Below, piece by piece: positions 26,523 through 37,163 of a stretch of DNA of 64,000 bases; the stretch's first letter is position 1; each line of letters starts with the position of its first letter. Position numbers and translations under genes: made by a program. Source of the stretch: Euryarchaeota archaeon SM23-78 (GTDB taxonomy: Archaea > Nanobdellota > Nanobdellia > Woesearchaeales > SM23-78); contig LSSJ01000021.1 in the NCBI GenBank assembly GCA_001595785.1, positions 5,248-69,247 of the forward strand. Reading direction: 5' to 3'. The notes under the pieces were generated by a model. The model saw nothing but the letters and a program-made list of their open reading frames with translations, was not told where the DNA came from and ran no database searches.

Positions 26523-29267
26523 ATGCCTTCTAAAGAGGTGATTGAGCACTTTGCTAGCTCAGAAGAAAAAGGTCTTACTAGCAAAGAGGTTGAGTTCAGA
26601 CTTAAGAAGTTTGGCAAGAACAAGCTCACTGCCAAGAAAAAAGAAACCATTCTGCACAGGTTCATAAACCAATTCAAAGAATTAATGATAATCATCTTAA
26701 TCATAGCAGGCATTATTGCTCTTGTTCTTGGACTGGTAGAGCACTCAACAGAGGAGATGATTGATGCAGGTATCATCTTATTCATTGTGCTTGCCAATGC
26801 TGTGATAGGGGTTCTCCAGGAGTACAAGGCAGAGAAGGCTGTGGAAGCCTTGAAAAAAATGATGACTCCTCATGCCACTGTTATAAGAGATGATAAAGAA
26901 GAAATAATTAATGCAGAAGACCTAGTACCAGGAGACATCCTAATCCTTGAAGAAGGCACGCGTGTACCATCAGATGCAAGAGTGATAGAGGTTGCCATGC
27001 TCAAAGTGGATGAGGCAGTGCTAACAGGAGAAAGCGTGCCTAGAAGTAAGAATGAGTTAGTGATAAAAACAGAGCACGTGGCTCTTGGAGACAGGCATAA
27101 CATGCTCTTCATGGGCACAAACATTACAAGTGGAAGAGCCAAGGCAATAGTAACAGCTAGTGGCATGACCACAGAGTTTGGCAAGATAGCAGGTTTAACA
27201 GCAGAGATAAAAGAAGAGAAGAGTCCTTTGCAAAAAGAGCTTATAAGAGTGGGTAAGTTCATAGCCAAGGCTGCTCTTGTTATATGCGTTGTTGTTTTTA
27301 TTCTTGGCATCCTAAGTGGCAAGGAATTGGTTGATATGTTCTTGTTCGCTGTTAGTCTAGGAGTGGCTGCTGTTCCAGAAGGCTTACCAGCAACCATGAC
27401 CATCTCTTTAGCCCTAGGAGTGCAGAGAATGGCTAAGAGAAAAGCTATTATGAGAAAGCTATCAAGCGTTGAGACTCTGGGAAGCACCACAGTTATATGC
27501 ACTGATAAGACAGGCACACTAACCAAGAATGAGATGACAGTAAGAAAGATATGGGTTAATAATAAAACCATAGATGTTCAAGGAGAGGGATATGATCCTA
27601 AAGGAAGCTTCTTATATAGTAATAAGCCTTATTCTGAAACCACTCTTACCAAGCTTTTAAGAACAGGATTGCTCTGCAACAACGCAGTTCTTCAAAAAGA
27701 TGAAGCCAACAAATGGGCAATTGTAGGTGACCCTACAGAAGGAGCCCTTGTGGTAAGTGCTGTAAAAGCAGGTATTAATGAGCAACAAGAAGAAAAGGAT
27801 TATGCAAGGGTGTTTGAGCTTCCTTTTAGTAGTGATGCCAAGCGCATGATAACTATGCACAAAGATAAGGAAGGGAAAGGCTTAACTGCTTATATAAAAG
27901 GAGCAACAGCTGTTGTAATTGACAAATGTTCTTATATAGAAGTTGATGGCAAGATAAAAAAGCTTAGTGCAAAGCAAAAAGAGGAAATAAAAGTTATTAG
28001 CAGACAAATGGCTGAGCAAGCCTTAAGAGTGCTGGGCTTTGCTTATAAAAAACTACAAGGAATCGAGGCAAAGAACTATAAAAAAGTAAAAGAGGAAGGC
28101 TTTGTGTTCCTGGGCTTGCAAGGCATGATAGACCCTCCAAGACTAGAGGTAAAAGAAGCTGTTGCTAAGTGCAGAAAAGCAGGCATAAGAATCTTTGTGG
28201 TAACAGGAGACCATGGCTTAACAGCAAGAGCCATAGCTAAAGAGATAGGCCTAGCAACAGATAAGACCAGAATTATCAAAGGAGTGGAGCTTGAAAAGAT
28301 GAATGACCAAGCCCTAAGCCTTGCCCTAAGAGAGGAAGTAATCTTTGCAAGGGTAAGCCCTGAGCACAAGATGCGCATAGCAAGCCTGCTCATGAAACAC
28401 CAAGAGATAGTAGCCATGACAGGTGATGGAGTGAATGATGCTCCTGCCCTGAAAAAAGCAGATATAGGAGTGGCCATGGGAATCACAGGAACAGATGTGA
28501 GCAAAGAAGCTAGTGAGATGGTGCTAACAGATGACTCTTTTGCAACCATTGTTAATGCTGTTGAAGAAGGAAGAAGCATCTATTCAAACATTACTAAATT
28601 TATCAGATACATGTTCTCTACTAATCTAGGAGAGATAATCGCAATAGTGCTAGGCATGTTAATCCTGTCCCTCCATCCCCTTTACCACCACGCATTAACC
28701 TTCTTAGAGCAAGAAGGATTCATACTAATAGTAACAGCTGTCCAGATACTCTGGATAAACCTAGGCACAGACTTGCTACCAGCTCTAGCCCTAGGAGTTG
28801 AACCTCCAGAGCAAGGAATAATGAATAAACCTCCAAGAAACCCTAAGGAAAAGATAATCAACACCAGTCGATTCCTGCACTGGTTAATGACAGGCATGGT
28901 AATAGGTGTAGGAACCATTATGATGTTCATGACAAACATGGCAGAGCCAGTAAAAGCAAGAACCATGGCTTTCTCAGTGCTAGTCTTCTTCCAGCTAGCC
29001 AATGTTTTTAACTGCAGGCATGAGACTAAATCAATATTTGAGTTAAAGCCTTTTTCTAATAAATACATAATTTATGCAGTTATTGTCTCAATCATCTTAC
29101 AAGTAATGGTAATCCAGGTGCCCTTCCTACAGACCTTGTTCAAGACAACTGCTCTTGGGCTAAAGGAATGGGGCGCAGTGGTCCTCCTTAGTCTAATCAT
29201 TATTGTTTATGATGAGATAAGAAAGGCTTTTGCAAGGAGACATACTCACCGCTCTGCTCATTCTTAG
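26523..29267 (+). CDS. P-type cation-transporting ATPase (type II, Ca2+/Mg2+-like)
   Basis: DKTGTLT phosphorylation motif, TGES, TGDGVNDAPALKKADIG, and 10-TM topology. The start is ambiguous (GTG 26499, TTG 26511 or ATG 26523). Confidence 0.9.
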   Translation: MPSKEVIEHFASSEEKGLTSKEVEFRLKKFGKNKLTAKKKETILHRFINQFKELMIIILIIAGIIALVLGLVEHSTEEMIDAGIILFIVLANAVIGVLQEYKAEKAVEALKKMMTPHATVIRDDKEEIINAEDLVPGDILILEEGTRVPSDARVIEVAMLKVDEAVLTGESVPRSKNELVIKTEHVALGDRHNMLFMGTNITSGRAKAIVTASGMTTEFGKIAGLTAEIKEEKSPLQKELIRVGKFIAKAALVICVVVFILGILSGKELVDMFLFAVSLGVAAVPEGLPATMTISLALGVQRMAKRKAIMRKLSSVETLGSTTVICTDKTGTLTKNEMTVRKIWVNNKTIDVQGEGYDPKGSFLYSNKPYSETTLTKLLRTGLLCNNAVLQKDEANKWAIVGDPTEGALVVSAVKAGINEQQEEKDYARVFELPFSSDAKRMITMHKDKEGKGLTAYIKGATAVVIDKCSYIEVDGKIKKLSAKQKEEIKVISRQMAEQALRVLGFAYKKLQGIEAKNYKKVKEEGFVFLGLQGMIDPPRLEVKEAVAKCRKAGIRIFVVTGDHGLTARAIAKEIGLATDKTRIIKGVELEKMNDQALSLALREEVIFARVSPEHKMRIASLLMKHQEIVAMTGDGVNDAPALKKADIGVAMGITGTDVSKEASEMVLTDDSFATIVNAVEEGRSIYSNITKFIRYMFSTNLGEIIAIVLGMLILSLHPLYHHALTFLEQEGFILIVTAVQILWINLGTDLLPALALGVEPPEQGIMNKPPRNPKEKIINTSRFLHWLMTGMVIGVGTIMMFMTNMAEPVKARTMAFSVLVFFQLANVFNCRHETKSIFELKPFSNKYIIYAVIVSIILQVMVIQVPFLQTLFKTTALGLKEWGAVVLLSLIIIVYDEIRKAFARRHTHRSAHS

Positions 29268-29309
29268 CAAAAACTTTATAACCTTCTTTAGAATCTCTTA
29301 AATACAGAA

Positions 29310-29840
29310 ATGGTTTTGCCTAAAGGTTTTAACATAGAAGAAGTGGAAAAGGGGATAAGAGAGTTAGTCATAAACTTAAACAGAATTCCTGGTGTAAGAA
29401 CAATAATCCCTACATGCGAAGGACATGTTTATTATTATGATTTTGAGGAGTGGCCTGCTAAGGAGGGAATAATAAGCTTTTGCGCAGAAAAACATCATTC
29501 TGAGTGGCTTGTCGAAACAATAAAGGACTTTTGTGGCAGAATAGAATATTTTGAATTTAAAGGACCTCAAAACCAATTTGGAAAAACTTATTATGAGATA
29601 ATTGCTTCTTTTGAATCTCATCATGATGATAAACTCAATGATTTGTTCGGAAAAATGGGTGTAAGAGAGCAAATGGGGTATGTGAAAAGGGCTAAGAAGA
29701 GGAAGAACAGAATCCTTGCTGGATGGAAAAGATTGAATGATTTAGTTGAAGATTATATAAAACAGAATATTTCAGAAGATGTTGAGTCTTTACCTTATAG
29801 AGAACCAGATTATGTACTACATGAAGCTATACATGCATAA
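29310..29840 (+). CDS. hypothetical protein
   Basis: 176-aa ORF. No recognisable motifs. Confidence 0.4.
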   Translation: MVLPKGFNIEEVEKGIRELVINLNRIPGVRTIIPTCEGHVYYYDFEEWPAKEGIISFCAEKHHSEWLVETIKDFCGRIEYFEFKGPQNQFGKTYYEIIASFESHHDDKLNDLFGKMGVREQMGYVKRAKKRKNRILAGWKRLNDLVEDYIKQNISEDVESLPYREPDYVLHEAIHA

Positions 29841-30828
29841 AGAACACGACCTTGATTAGCACGAATAAAACATAGAATCCAATAAGGATTATTCCTTCTT
29901 TTTTCTCAGTCTTGTCAACAGTCATGTTCTTCTTTAAAAGAGACATTACTATTAATACACTCAAACCCCAAAAAGGAAGGTCAAAGAACAATAAGCTTTT
30001 ATTAAAACTAAAATTAGAAATAGTTGCTCCTATGCCAAGAGAGAGCAAAGGATTAGTAATGTTTGAACCTATTAAGGTGCCAAGAGAGATATCATGAGCC
30101 TTTCTAAACATGCCTTTAAGAGCTGTTGATAACTCAGGCAAACACCCTCCAATACCAATGATGATAACACCTACAAAGGTCTGAGCAAGGTTAAGACCAG
30201 AGGCTATTATAAGGGCATTGTCAACCACAAACTTACCTCCAAGGATTAATAAGCCAAGCCCTCCAAGCATGATAAGACTCACAATAACAGGGTGGTGTCT
30301 TAGTTTTCTTGATTTAAGCTCAATAGCATCAACAGGCTCTGCTAATAAAGGACTCTCTCTTCTATCATTCCTTTCATCCATGCTTAAAAAAATCAGATAA
30401 ACAATATAAGCAAGGATTAGAATGATTCCTTCAATTCTTGATACAGAGCCTGTTAGACCAATAAGGAAGACTAAAAAGATTGAGAACAGGATAGCAACCC
30501 CATCCCTACTAAGCGTCTTTTTAGTGGCTCGAAGAGTGCCTGCTAAGGCTACTAAACCAACCACCAAGGTCATCTGAGTGATAGAAGAACCAATATTAAC
30601 ACCCACAGCTAATCCACTTGCAGGAATCCCTTTGAGATTTGAAATACCTGAATATATATTAGTGAATATTTCTGGCAGAGAAGTGCCTATGGATACAACT
30701 GTTAGCCCAATAAAAACATGAGAAAGCCTAAATCTCTGAGCCAGTTTCTTAGCACTCTCAATAACAAAGTCAGAGCCAAACCAGAGTAGGGCAAGACCGA
30801 ATAAGAGTAAGAGGATTGGGATTATCAT
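29827..30828 (-). CDS. CaCA-family sodium/calcium exchanger (YrbG-like)
   Basis: Alpha-repeat signatures GLTVVSIGTSLPE and IGIGGCLPELSTA. About 10 TM helices. Confidence 0.85.
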   Translation of the reverse strand: MIIPILLLLFGLALLWFGSDFVIESAKKLAQRFRLSHVFIGLTVVSIGTSLPEIFTNIYSGISNLKGIPASGLAVGVNIGSSITQMTLVVGLVALAGTLRATKKTLSRDGVAILFSIFLVFLIGLTGSVSRIEGIILILAYIVYLIFLSMDERNDRRESPLLAEPVDAIELKSRKLRHHPVIVSLIMLGGLGLLILGGKFVVDNALIIASGLNLAQTFVGVIIIGIGGCLPELSTALKGMFRKAHDISLGTLIGSNITNPLLSLGIGATISNFSFNKSLLFFDLPFWGLSVLIVMSLLKKNMTVDKTEKKEGIILIGFYVLFVLIKVVFFMHV

Positions 30829-30904
30829 AGAAAGAATAATAGAACTAAAGGTTTTTAAAGTTAGCGAAAAAGTTTAATAAGTCAATGCTTTTCCTAAAAG
30901 CAAA

Positions 30905-31552
30905 ATGTATAATAAAGAAATAATAAATCAAACCCAGGAATATGTGAAAGCAACCTTGAAAGGAGAAACCACTGGCCATGACTGGTGGCATACCTACATG
31001 GTATTAAAGAATGCCAAAACAATACAAAAACATGAAGGAGGAGATATATATGTTATTGAGCTTGGCTCTCTTCTGCATGATATTGCTGACTGGAAGTTCA
31101 ATGAAGAGAAGGCAGGCTCAAGAACAGCCAGGCTTTTCCTGCAATCCAAGGAGGTTCCGGAAAGCATCATTAGTCATGTATGCCACATAGTTGATAATGT
31201 TTCATTCAAAGGAGCACAATTTGAAAACAAGATAGCCACTCTTGAAGGAAAGATTGTTCAAGACGCTGACAGGCTTGATGCTATGGGCGCAAGGGGAATA
31301 GCAAGGGCCCGTACTTATGGAGAGCACAGAGGAAAAGAGATATACAATCCAGATATAGCCCCTGTAATGCATCAGACCTCTGAGGAATACAGGAATCATG
31401 TTGGTACCATCATAAACCATTTCTATGAAAAATTATTATTGCTAAAAGACAGGATGAATACAAAGACAGCAAGGAAGATAGCAGAGGGAAGACACAAATT
31501 CATGGAATTATACTTAGAACAATTCTTTAAGGAATGGGAGGGCAAGGCTTAG
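30905..31552 (+). CDS. HD-domain metal-dependent phosphohydrolase
   Basis: GHDWWH.., LLHDIADWK, QDADRLDAMGA. Confidence 0.75.
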   Translation: MYNKEIINQTQEYVKATLKGETTGHDWWHTYMVLKNAKTIQKHEGGDIYVIELGSLLHDIADWKFNEEKAGSRTARLFLQSKEVPESIISHVCHIVDNVSFKGAQFENKIATLEGKIVQDADRLDAMGARGIARARTYGEHRGKEIYNPDIAPVMHQTSEEYRNHVGTIINHFYEKLLLLKDRMNTKTARKIAEGRHKFMELYLEQFFKEWEGKA

Positions 31553-31594
31553 TTTTGCAAATGCTTTAAAAACCCTGCACCACCTCTTAATTTC

Positions 31595-33256
31595 ATGGAT
31601 TTTTTCAAGGAAATAATTACATACATTAAGCAGAACAAGCCTGGCAAGGATAAGCTTTCAAAGCAAAAGGTTAGACTCTGCTCTAAGCACAAGCTTAAGA
31701 GAATACCTACTGACATTGAAATATTAATGCATGCTGATAAAAAAGATATTTCTTTCTTAAAAAAATATCTGCACACCAAGCCTACCAGAACTATTAGTGG
31801 AGTTGCTGTTGTTGCTGTTATGAGCGCTCCTTTTGCCTGCCCTCATGGTAAATGCACTCCTTGTCCAGGAGGACCTAAGAGTTTCTTTGGAACTATTCCT
31901 CAGAGCTATACTGGTAGAGAACCAGCTACTATGAGAGCAATAAGGAACAAGTATGATTCCTATCTCCAAATCTTTAACAGATTAGAGCAGTATGTTGTGC
32001 TTGGCCAGAGTCCAGAAAAAGTAGAACTTATCATTATGGGAGGTACGTTTCCTAGTTTTCCAAAAAAATATCAGGAAGAATTTGTGTATTATGCTTTTAA
32101 AGCAATGAATGAGTTCTCAAAGTTGTTCTATAAAAAAGGAAAGTTTGATATTGTTAAGTTCAAGGAGTTTTTTGAATTGCCAGGAAAAGTAGGTGATAAG
32201 AAGAGGGTGAGGAATATTCACAAAAAACTCCTTTCAATGAAGAAAAAAGGAAAAAGGAGTCTTGAACAAGAGCAAAGATTAAACGAAAAATCAAACATAA
32301 GATGTGTAGGACTAACCATTGAGACCAGGCCTGACTATGCAAGGCTAGAACATGCAAATGAGATGCTAAGATTAGGATGCACCAGAGTAGAACTAGGAGT
32401 GCAGAGTGTTTATGATAAAGCCCTGGAGAACATTAAAAGAGGGCATGATGCAAATGAATCCATAAAAGCAACCAAGACTTTGAAAGACCTAGGCTTTAAA
32501 ATCAACTATCATATGATGCTTGGACTGCCAGGGATTGATTTTCTGCAGGAAATAACTGGCTTAAAAGAGGTGTTTGATAACTCTGACTTTAGACCTGACA
32601 TGTTAAAGCTCTACCCGTGCATGGTGTTAAAAGGAACCAACCTATATGATGAGTGGAAAAAAGGGTTTTACAAACCTTTAACCACAGAACAAGCAGCAAA
32701 ACTAATCATAGAATTTAAAAAACACCTACCTGAGTATGTAAGAATCATGAGAGTGCAAAGAGATATTCCTACTAAGATGACAGAAGCAGGTGTGGACAGG
32801 ACTAATCTAAGACAGTATATACATGAAAAAGGAGTGAAGTGCAGATGTATTAGATGTAGAGAGATAAAAGATAAAGAAATCAAAGGAAAAATTAAATTAA
32901 AAATTAATAATTATTTAGCCTCTGGTAGTGAGGAGTATTTTATTAGTCTTGAGAACAGAGATAATCTTATAGGTTTTTGCAGATTAAGGTTTCCAAGTCA
33001 AGTCCTTAGAAAAGAAATAACCCAAGACTCTGCTCTTATCAGAGAACTACATGTGTATGGAACAGCTGCAACTATTAGAAGAAAAGGAAGAGTGCAGCAC
33101 AAAGGCTTTGGCAGGAGATTATTGAAAAAAGCAGAGAGTATTGCCATCAAAGCAAGAAAGAAAAAGATGATAATCATCTCAGGAATAGGAGTAAGGGACT
33201 ACTACAAAAGATTCAGTTATAAAAAGCAAGGGCCTTATATGGTTAAGAAATTATAA
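31595..33256 (+). CDS. elp3: Elp3-type tRNA uridine(34) modification radical SAM/GNAT enzyme
   Basis: ISGVAVVAVMSAPFACPHGKCTPCPGG (radical SAM cluster region). C-terminal GNAT (RELHVYG..HKGFGRRLL). Confidence 0.9.
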   Translation: MDFFKEIITYIKQNKPGKDKLSKQKVRLCSKHKLKRIPTDIEILMHADKKDISFLKKYLHTKPTRTISGVAVVAVMSAPFACPHGKCTPCPGGPKSFFGTIPQSYTGREPATMRAIRNKYDSYLQIFNRLEQYVVLGQSPEKVELIIMGGTFPSFPKKYQEEFVYYAFKAMNEFSKLFYKKGKFDIVKFKEFFELPGKVGDKKRVRNIHKKLLSMKKKGKRSLEQEQRLNEKSNIRCVGLTIETRPDYARLEHANEMLRLGCTRVELGVQSVYDKALENIKRGHDANESIKATKTLKDLGFKINYHMMLGLPGIDFLQEITGLKEVFDNSDFRPDMLKLYPCMVLKGTNLYDEWKKGFYKPLTTEQAAKLIIEFKKHLPEYVRIMRVQRDIPTKMTEAGVDRTNLRQYIHEKGVKCRCIRCREIKDKEIKGKIKLKINNYLASGSEEYFISLENRDNLIGFCRLRFPSQVLRKEITQDSALIRELHVYGTAATIRRKGRVQHKGFGRRLLKKAESIAIKARKKKMIIISGIGVRDYYKRFSYKKQGPYMVKKL

Positions 33257-34288
33257 TCCTCTAGTGTGCATTGCAACATCATGGTAATGGTCAAGGCTGT
33301 GAGACAAATTCTTTTCATAAATCATTTTTCGTCTTATATAATTAAGATCTCTTTGTTTTCCATACTTTAAAAAGGATACAACCCTGGCAATTACTTCTTT
33401 ATAAAACTTCTCTCCTCTGGTAGTTGACTCAATATCAGATAGTTTACCAGTGCTCATCCAGTTCTCATTACACACTAGTATATTCTTTCTCTCCAAAACT
33501 CTGAGTGATTGTCTAATAGAATGAAAGTTATAATCCTCAGAATAAATTTCTTTTAACCTTCTCCGTAAGTCCTCAGCAGAATACCAAACCTTGGGGTTGG
33601 GTTGTGTAATATCCACAATTTTTTGTATTAGTAAAGGATGCTTATATATGGTGCCATTAACAGTTATCCTTCTCTTCCCTCTCCTATTCCATCTGAACTT
33701 AATATTGCCTTTACCTGTGTCAGAGTAGAACGTAGAGAGAGTGAGTAAATTACACTCCTCAAGTTTTCTGAGCTTTGAAATAATAGTTGAAGTTGCAAGC
33801 CCCAATCGTTTTCTTAATCCATCAGTTGTATTCACATGGTCTTTTACAACTAAATCTAGTATTTTAACATTAGTGTAAGGACCATCTGCCTGACTTTTTC
33901 CAAGCCAGGAAAACAAGCTCATATTAAATTTTATAGCGGACTGATATAAAAAGAATCTTGCAATATCATCGTGGTTAGGTATAAATTCAAAACTTCTTCT
34001 CCACTTAAGAGGATGCTCTCTTTCTTCTACTAGATACTGAAGCTTTGCCTTAGGAAGCTTATGTTTAAGATGATTCTGTATTGTTCTGTTCCCATTACGA
34101 GGATTTTTACCACCAGGAGTGAAATCTGGCCCAACCAATTCTATTGATTTATAATACAAATCTGTTGCAGTTAGGTATTTATCATTCTCAAGCAGGAATC
34201 CATCTATAAATGCTTTGGACTCTGTATTAAAAGCATTGAAAAGTATCCTTATTTTTTCTTCAAGCTTTAAATTCTTATTTGTCATCAT
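33251..34288 (-). CDS. hypothetical protein with winged-helix-like segments
   Basis: 345 aa. TTDGLRKRLGLATSTIISKLRKLEECNLLTL looks wHTH-like. No family recognised. Confidence 0.4.
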   Translation of the reverse strand: MMTNKNLKLEEKIRILFNAFNTESKAFIDGFLLENDKYLTATDLYYKSIELVGPDFTPGGKNPRNGNRTIQNHLKHKLPKAKLQYLVEEREHPLKWRRSFEFIPNHDDIARFFLYQSAIKFNMSLFSWLGKSQADGPYTNVKILDLVVKDHVNTTDGLRKRLGLATSTIISKLRKLEECNLLTLSTFYSDTGKGNIKFRWNRRGKRRITVNGTIYKHPLLIQKIVDITQPNPKVWYSAEDLRRRLKEIYSEDYNFHSIRQSLRVLERKNILVCNENWMSTGKLSDIESTTRGEKFYKEVIARVVSFLKYGKQRDLNYIRRKMIYEKNLSHSLDHYHDVAMHTRGL

Positions 34289-34359
34289 TGCAGAGATTTC
34301 TTGTAGTTTTATATAAGTTTCTGTAAATCTTTAAAAATGATTAAGATTTCTTTATTTGT

Positions 34360-35304
34360 ATGCAAGAAATCCCAGCTTTCAAACCCAGGTTCATAGAGAG
34401 ATACCAAGAATTAACAGATTTTGAAGAGTTTAAAATATTTTCTCTTAGATATATTAGAAAGTCAATCCGAGTCAATACTCTAAAAATCTCTGTTAATGAG
34501 TTAAAGAAAAGACTAGAAAAAAACTGGAACCTAGAACAGATACCCTGGTGCAAGCAAGGATTCTGGATTGACCATAAAGGAGAGGATGATGATAAAAGAT
34601 ACGACATAGGTAATGTATTAGAGCACCAGCTAGGCTATATATATGTCCAGGAAGCAGCAAGCATGATACCACCTGTAGTGCTAGAACCAAAACCAGGAGA
34701 AGCAGTGCTGGATATGTGCTCTGCTCCTGGGAGCAAGGCAAGCCAGATAGCAGCCATGATGCAAAACCAAGGCTTACTCATAGCTAATGATGCACAAGGA
34801 GACAGGCTAAAACCTCTAGGAATCAATCTTCAGAGAATGGGAGTGAGTAATGCCTTAATCACACAGATGCCTGGCCATAAATTTAAGAAAACAAGCCTAA
34901 GCTTTGACAAAGTACTAGTAGATGCTCCTTGCTCAGGAACAGGAACAATAAGGCGCTCATATAAAACAATAACCATGTGGGGCCCTAACATGATAAGAAA
35001 GCTTGCTAGCCAGCAAAAGCAACTAGCAGCTGCAGGCTTTGAAATTCTGAAACCAGGTGGGGTGATGGTTTACTCCACATGCACTATGGAGCCAGAAGAA
35101 AACGAGGGGGTGGTGAACTGGCTCGTCGAGAAATACCCGAATGCAAAAGTAGAAAAAATAGATTTAAATATAAAAAGAAGTCCAGCAATAATGGAGTTTG
35201 GAAAAGAAAAATACAATCCCCAAGTCAAAGAATGCCTAAGAATCTGGCCCCAGGATAATGATACAGAAGGTTTTTTCGTAGCGAAAATAAGGAAGGTAAA
35301 ATGA
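34360..35304 (+). CDS. NOL1/NOP2/Sun-family RNA cytosine-C5 methyltransferase
   Basis: VLDMCSAPGSKASQIA (SAM motif), DAPCSGTGT, YSTCTMEPEENE. Confidence 0.85.
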   Translation: MQEIPAFKPRFIERYQELTDFEEFKIFSLRYIRKSIRVNTLKISVNELKKRLEKNWNLEQIPWCKQGFWIDHKGEDDDKRYDIGNVLEHQLGYIYVQEAASMIPPVVLEPKPGEAVLDMCSAPGSKASQIAAMMQNQGLLIANDAQGDRLKPLGINLQRMGVSNALITQMPGHKFKKTSLSFDKVLVDAPCSGTGTIRRSYKTITMWGPNMIRKLASQQKQLAAAGFEILKPGGVMVYSTCTMEPEENEGVVNWLVEKYPNAKVEKIDLNIKRSPAIMEFGKEKYNPQVKECLRIWPQDNDTEGFFVAKIRKVK

Positions 35305-35327
35305 AAAAGGCATAATATAAAAACTAA

Positions 35328-35927
35328 TTATTTACCTTTTCTCTGAAATAGTTTAGAAAAATGAAGGTATTTTCTCCTAACAAGTTTTTCTTCATCACCA
35401 GCCTTCACATGACTCACATACTTCACATCTTCGACTGAGAAGAATGCCTTGGGATTAAATCTCTTTATGATGCTGATTACATTTTTAATGTCTTTTCTTT
35501 TTATTATTGTAAAAACTATGTGCGACTTGGTTGTTTCATCTTGCGACTCGATGCGTGTGGCCCTGTAACCAGCTTCTCTTAAAGAATCGACTAATTCAGT
35601 AACATCTTTTCTAGTGATAATCCTAATAATAACATGACCAACAGATATTCTCTCTTCAACATATATACCTATAAAGGTTCCGAGGCCAAAACCAAGAGCA
35701 TAAGCAACATAATAAATCCAGTGAGTAAGATTCTTCATAATCTGGGTTATTGCAAGAAGCCAAATTAGAACCTCGAAAAAACCAAGGATAGGAGCCAGGA
35801 ATCTCATACCTTTGGAAACATATATAATCCTAAGTGTTCCTATGGTAACATCAACTATCCTTGCAATACAGATAAGAAGAGGAATAATAATCCAATTCAC
35901 AACCTCAGGACTAATGAATTCAAGCAT
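35328..35927 (-). CDS. UPF0316/DUF2179-family membrane protein
   Basis: Three N-terminal TM helices (ARIVDVTIGTLRIIYVSKG..) plus a C-terminal soluble DUF2179-like domain. Confidence 0.6.
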   Translation of the reverse strand: MLEFISPEVVNWIIIPLLICIARIVDVTIGTLRIIYVSKGMRFLAPILGFFEVLIWLLAITQIMKNLTHWIYYVAYALGFGLGTFIGIYVEERISVGHVIIRIITRKDVTELVDSLREAGYRATRIESQDETTKSHIVFTIIKRKDIKNVISIIKRFNPKAFFSVEDVKYVSHVKAGDEEKLVRRKYLHFSKLFQRKGK

Positions 35928-35972
35928 ATAATTAGAATTTTAGAAACTGCTATAAAAAAATTTCGATTATAA

Positions 35973-36416
35973 TTATTTCCTTGCCTTCTCCAGCTTTCCA
36001 CTGAGAAGCGCTTTTAAACTCTGATCATTGACTTTTATCACTTGCCATCTGACTCCTGGAATGTCTCCTTTTGCCCTGCCCATTTTCCCGCCAATGCATT
36101 CAACAACTACCTCGTCATGTTCATCAATCAATTTGGTTGCTCCGTCTCCTGGGCAAAAAGCAGTCACCTGCTTACCGTTCTTTACCAGCTGCACTCTCAC
36201 ACATTTCCTCATAGCAGAGTTAGGCTGTTTAGCCTCTAGTTGTACTTTCTCAAGAACAATACCTGAGGCCTGACTAGCTCCTCCAAGAGGGTCTGACTTC
36301 TGCTTTAATCTCTTGGCTTTCTTAACAAACCATTTATTATGCCATCTACCTTTTTTACCTCTCTTCTTCAACTTCTTCGCAGCATTCAAGCCTTTACTCT
36401 TCTTAGCCATTTTCAC
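35973..36416 (-). CDS. rps12: 30S ribosomal protein S12 (uS12)
   Basis: [53 protein letters not shown]. Confidence 0.95.
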   Translation of the reverse strand: MKMAKKSKGLNAAKKLKKRGKKGRWHNKWFVKKAKRLKQKSDPLGGASQASGIVLEKVQLEAKQPNSAMRKCVRVQLVKNGKQVTAFCPGDGATKLIDEHDEVVVECIGGKMGRAKGDIPGVRWQVIKVNDQSLKALLSGKLEKARK

Positions 36417-36838
36417 ACAACCTTTATCTCTTCAACCTTAAAGTACTTACCAACCACTTTTTCAAGGTTTCTTAAATTCTGGGCTTTTATTCCTATTATT
36501 AAACCTTTTGTTTTTGTGTCTGCTCCAGTAACAATGACCACGTCTCCTTCCTCCTTAATATCTGTTATTCTTAGCGGAGCTAAGTAGTTGGTGATGAACT
36601 GCAACCTACTAAGATTGAACTCCACTATTTTAATCTTTCTATTAAGCATCTTCTCAAGCTTAACAACATTAGTCTTATTCTTGCCAAGAGCCTTGCCCAT
36701 CTCTCCCTGCTCTACCAGGAAGACTAGTTTTTCCCTGTCAAAAAAGCAGTCTCTAAGCCTTGCATGAGTGACTTTCTCGAACAATGCCATGAATTTCAGC
36801 ATGTCTGTGTCAAATGTGATTTTTTGTGTTGTTATCAT
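36413..36838 (-). CDS. nusA: archaeal NusA-like transcription termination/antitermination protein (KH domains only)
   Basis: 141 aa with two KH-like segments. Canonical position between L30e and S12. Confidence 0.85.
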   Translation of the reverse strand: MITTQKITFDTDMLKFMALFEKVTHARLRDCFFDREKLVFLVEQGEMGKALGKNKTNVVKLEKMLNRKIKIVEFNLSRLQFITNYLAPLRITDIKEEGDVVIVTGADTKTKGLIIGIKAQNLRNLEKVVGKYFKVEEIKVV

Positions 36839-36870
36839 TTTCTAGAATTAGAAAAATTTTATCCTCCTAA

Positions 36871-37152
36871 TTAATACTTTTTTTTCTCAACCACTCTCTT
36901 CATACCAATACACGCTATTGAGAACGGCTTTTTACAAACCACTCCTAGCTCATCATTGGGTATGTCAAGTTTCTCCACATCTATCTTTGTAACAGAAGCA
37001 TAGTACTCAATGTCTTTTATCATCTCTTCAGGAGCATTGCTTGCCAAAAACACCTTTACAAGCTCATTATTCCTAAGAGCCTTCAGAGTCTTATCTTTTC
37101 CTATCACTAAGTTCGAGGTTTTCAAGTGTTTCTTGATTTCTGCAATACTCAT
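36871..37152 (-). CDS. rpl30e: 50S ribosomal protein L30e
   Basis: 93 aa (GKDKTLKALRNNELVKVFLASNAP..). Canonical position after rpoA''. Confidence 0.85.
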   Translation of the reverse strand: MSIAEIKKHLKTSNLVIGKDKTLKALRNNELVKVFLASNAPEEMIKDIEYYASVTKIDVEKLDIPNDELGVVCKKPFSIACIGMKRVVEKKKY

Positions 37153-37163
37153 TTTCTTTTTCT

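Noticed and set aside
26870-27571. 233-aa antisense ORF inside the P-type ATPase gene. Similar long shadow ORFs include 28076-28579, 37010-37660, 63349-63897, 49939-50391 and 3518-4048.
   Set aside because: These are open frames opposite strongly supported genes. Their composition is low-complexity Ser/Leu-rich, typical of antisense frames.
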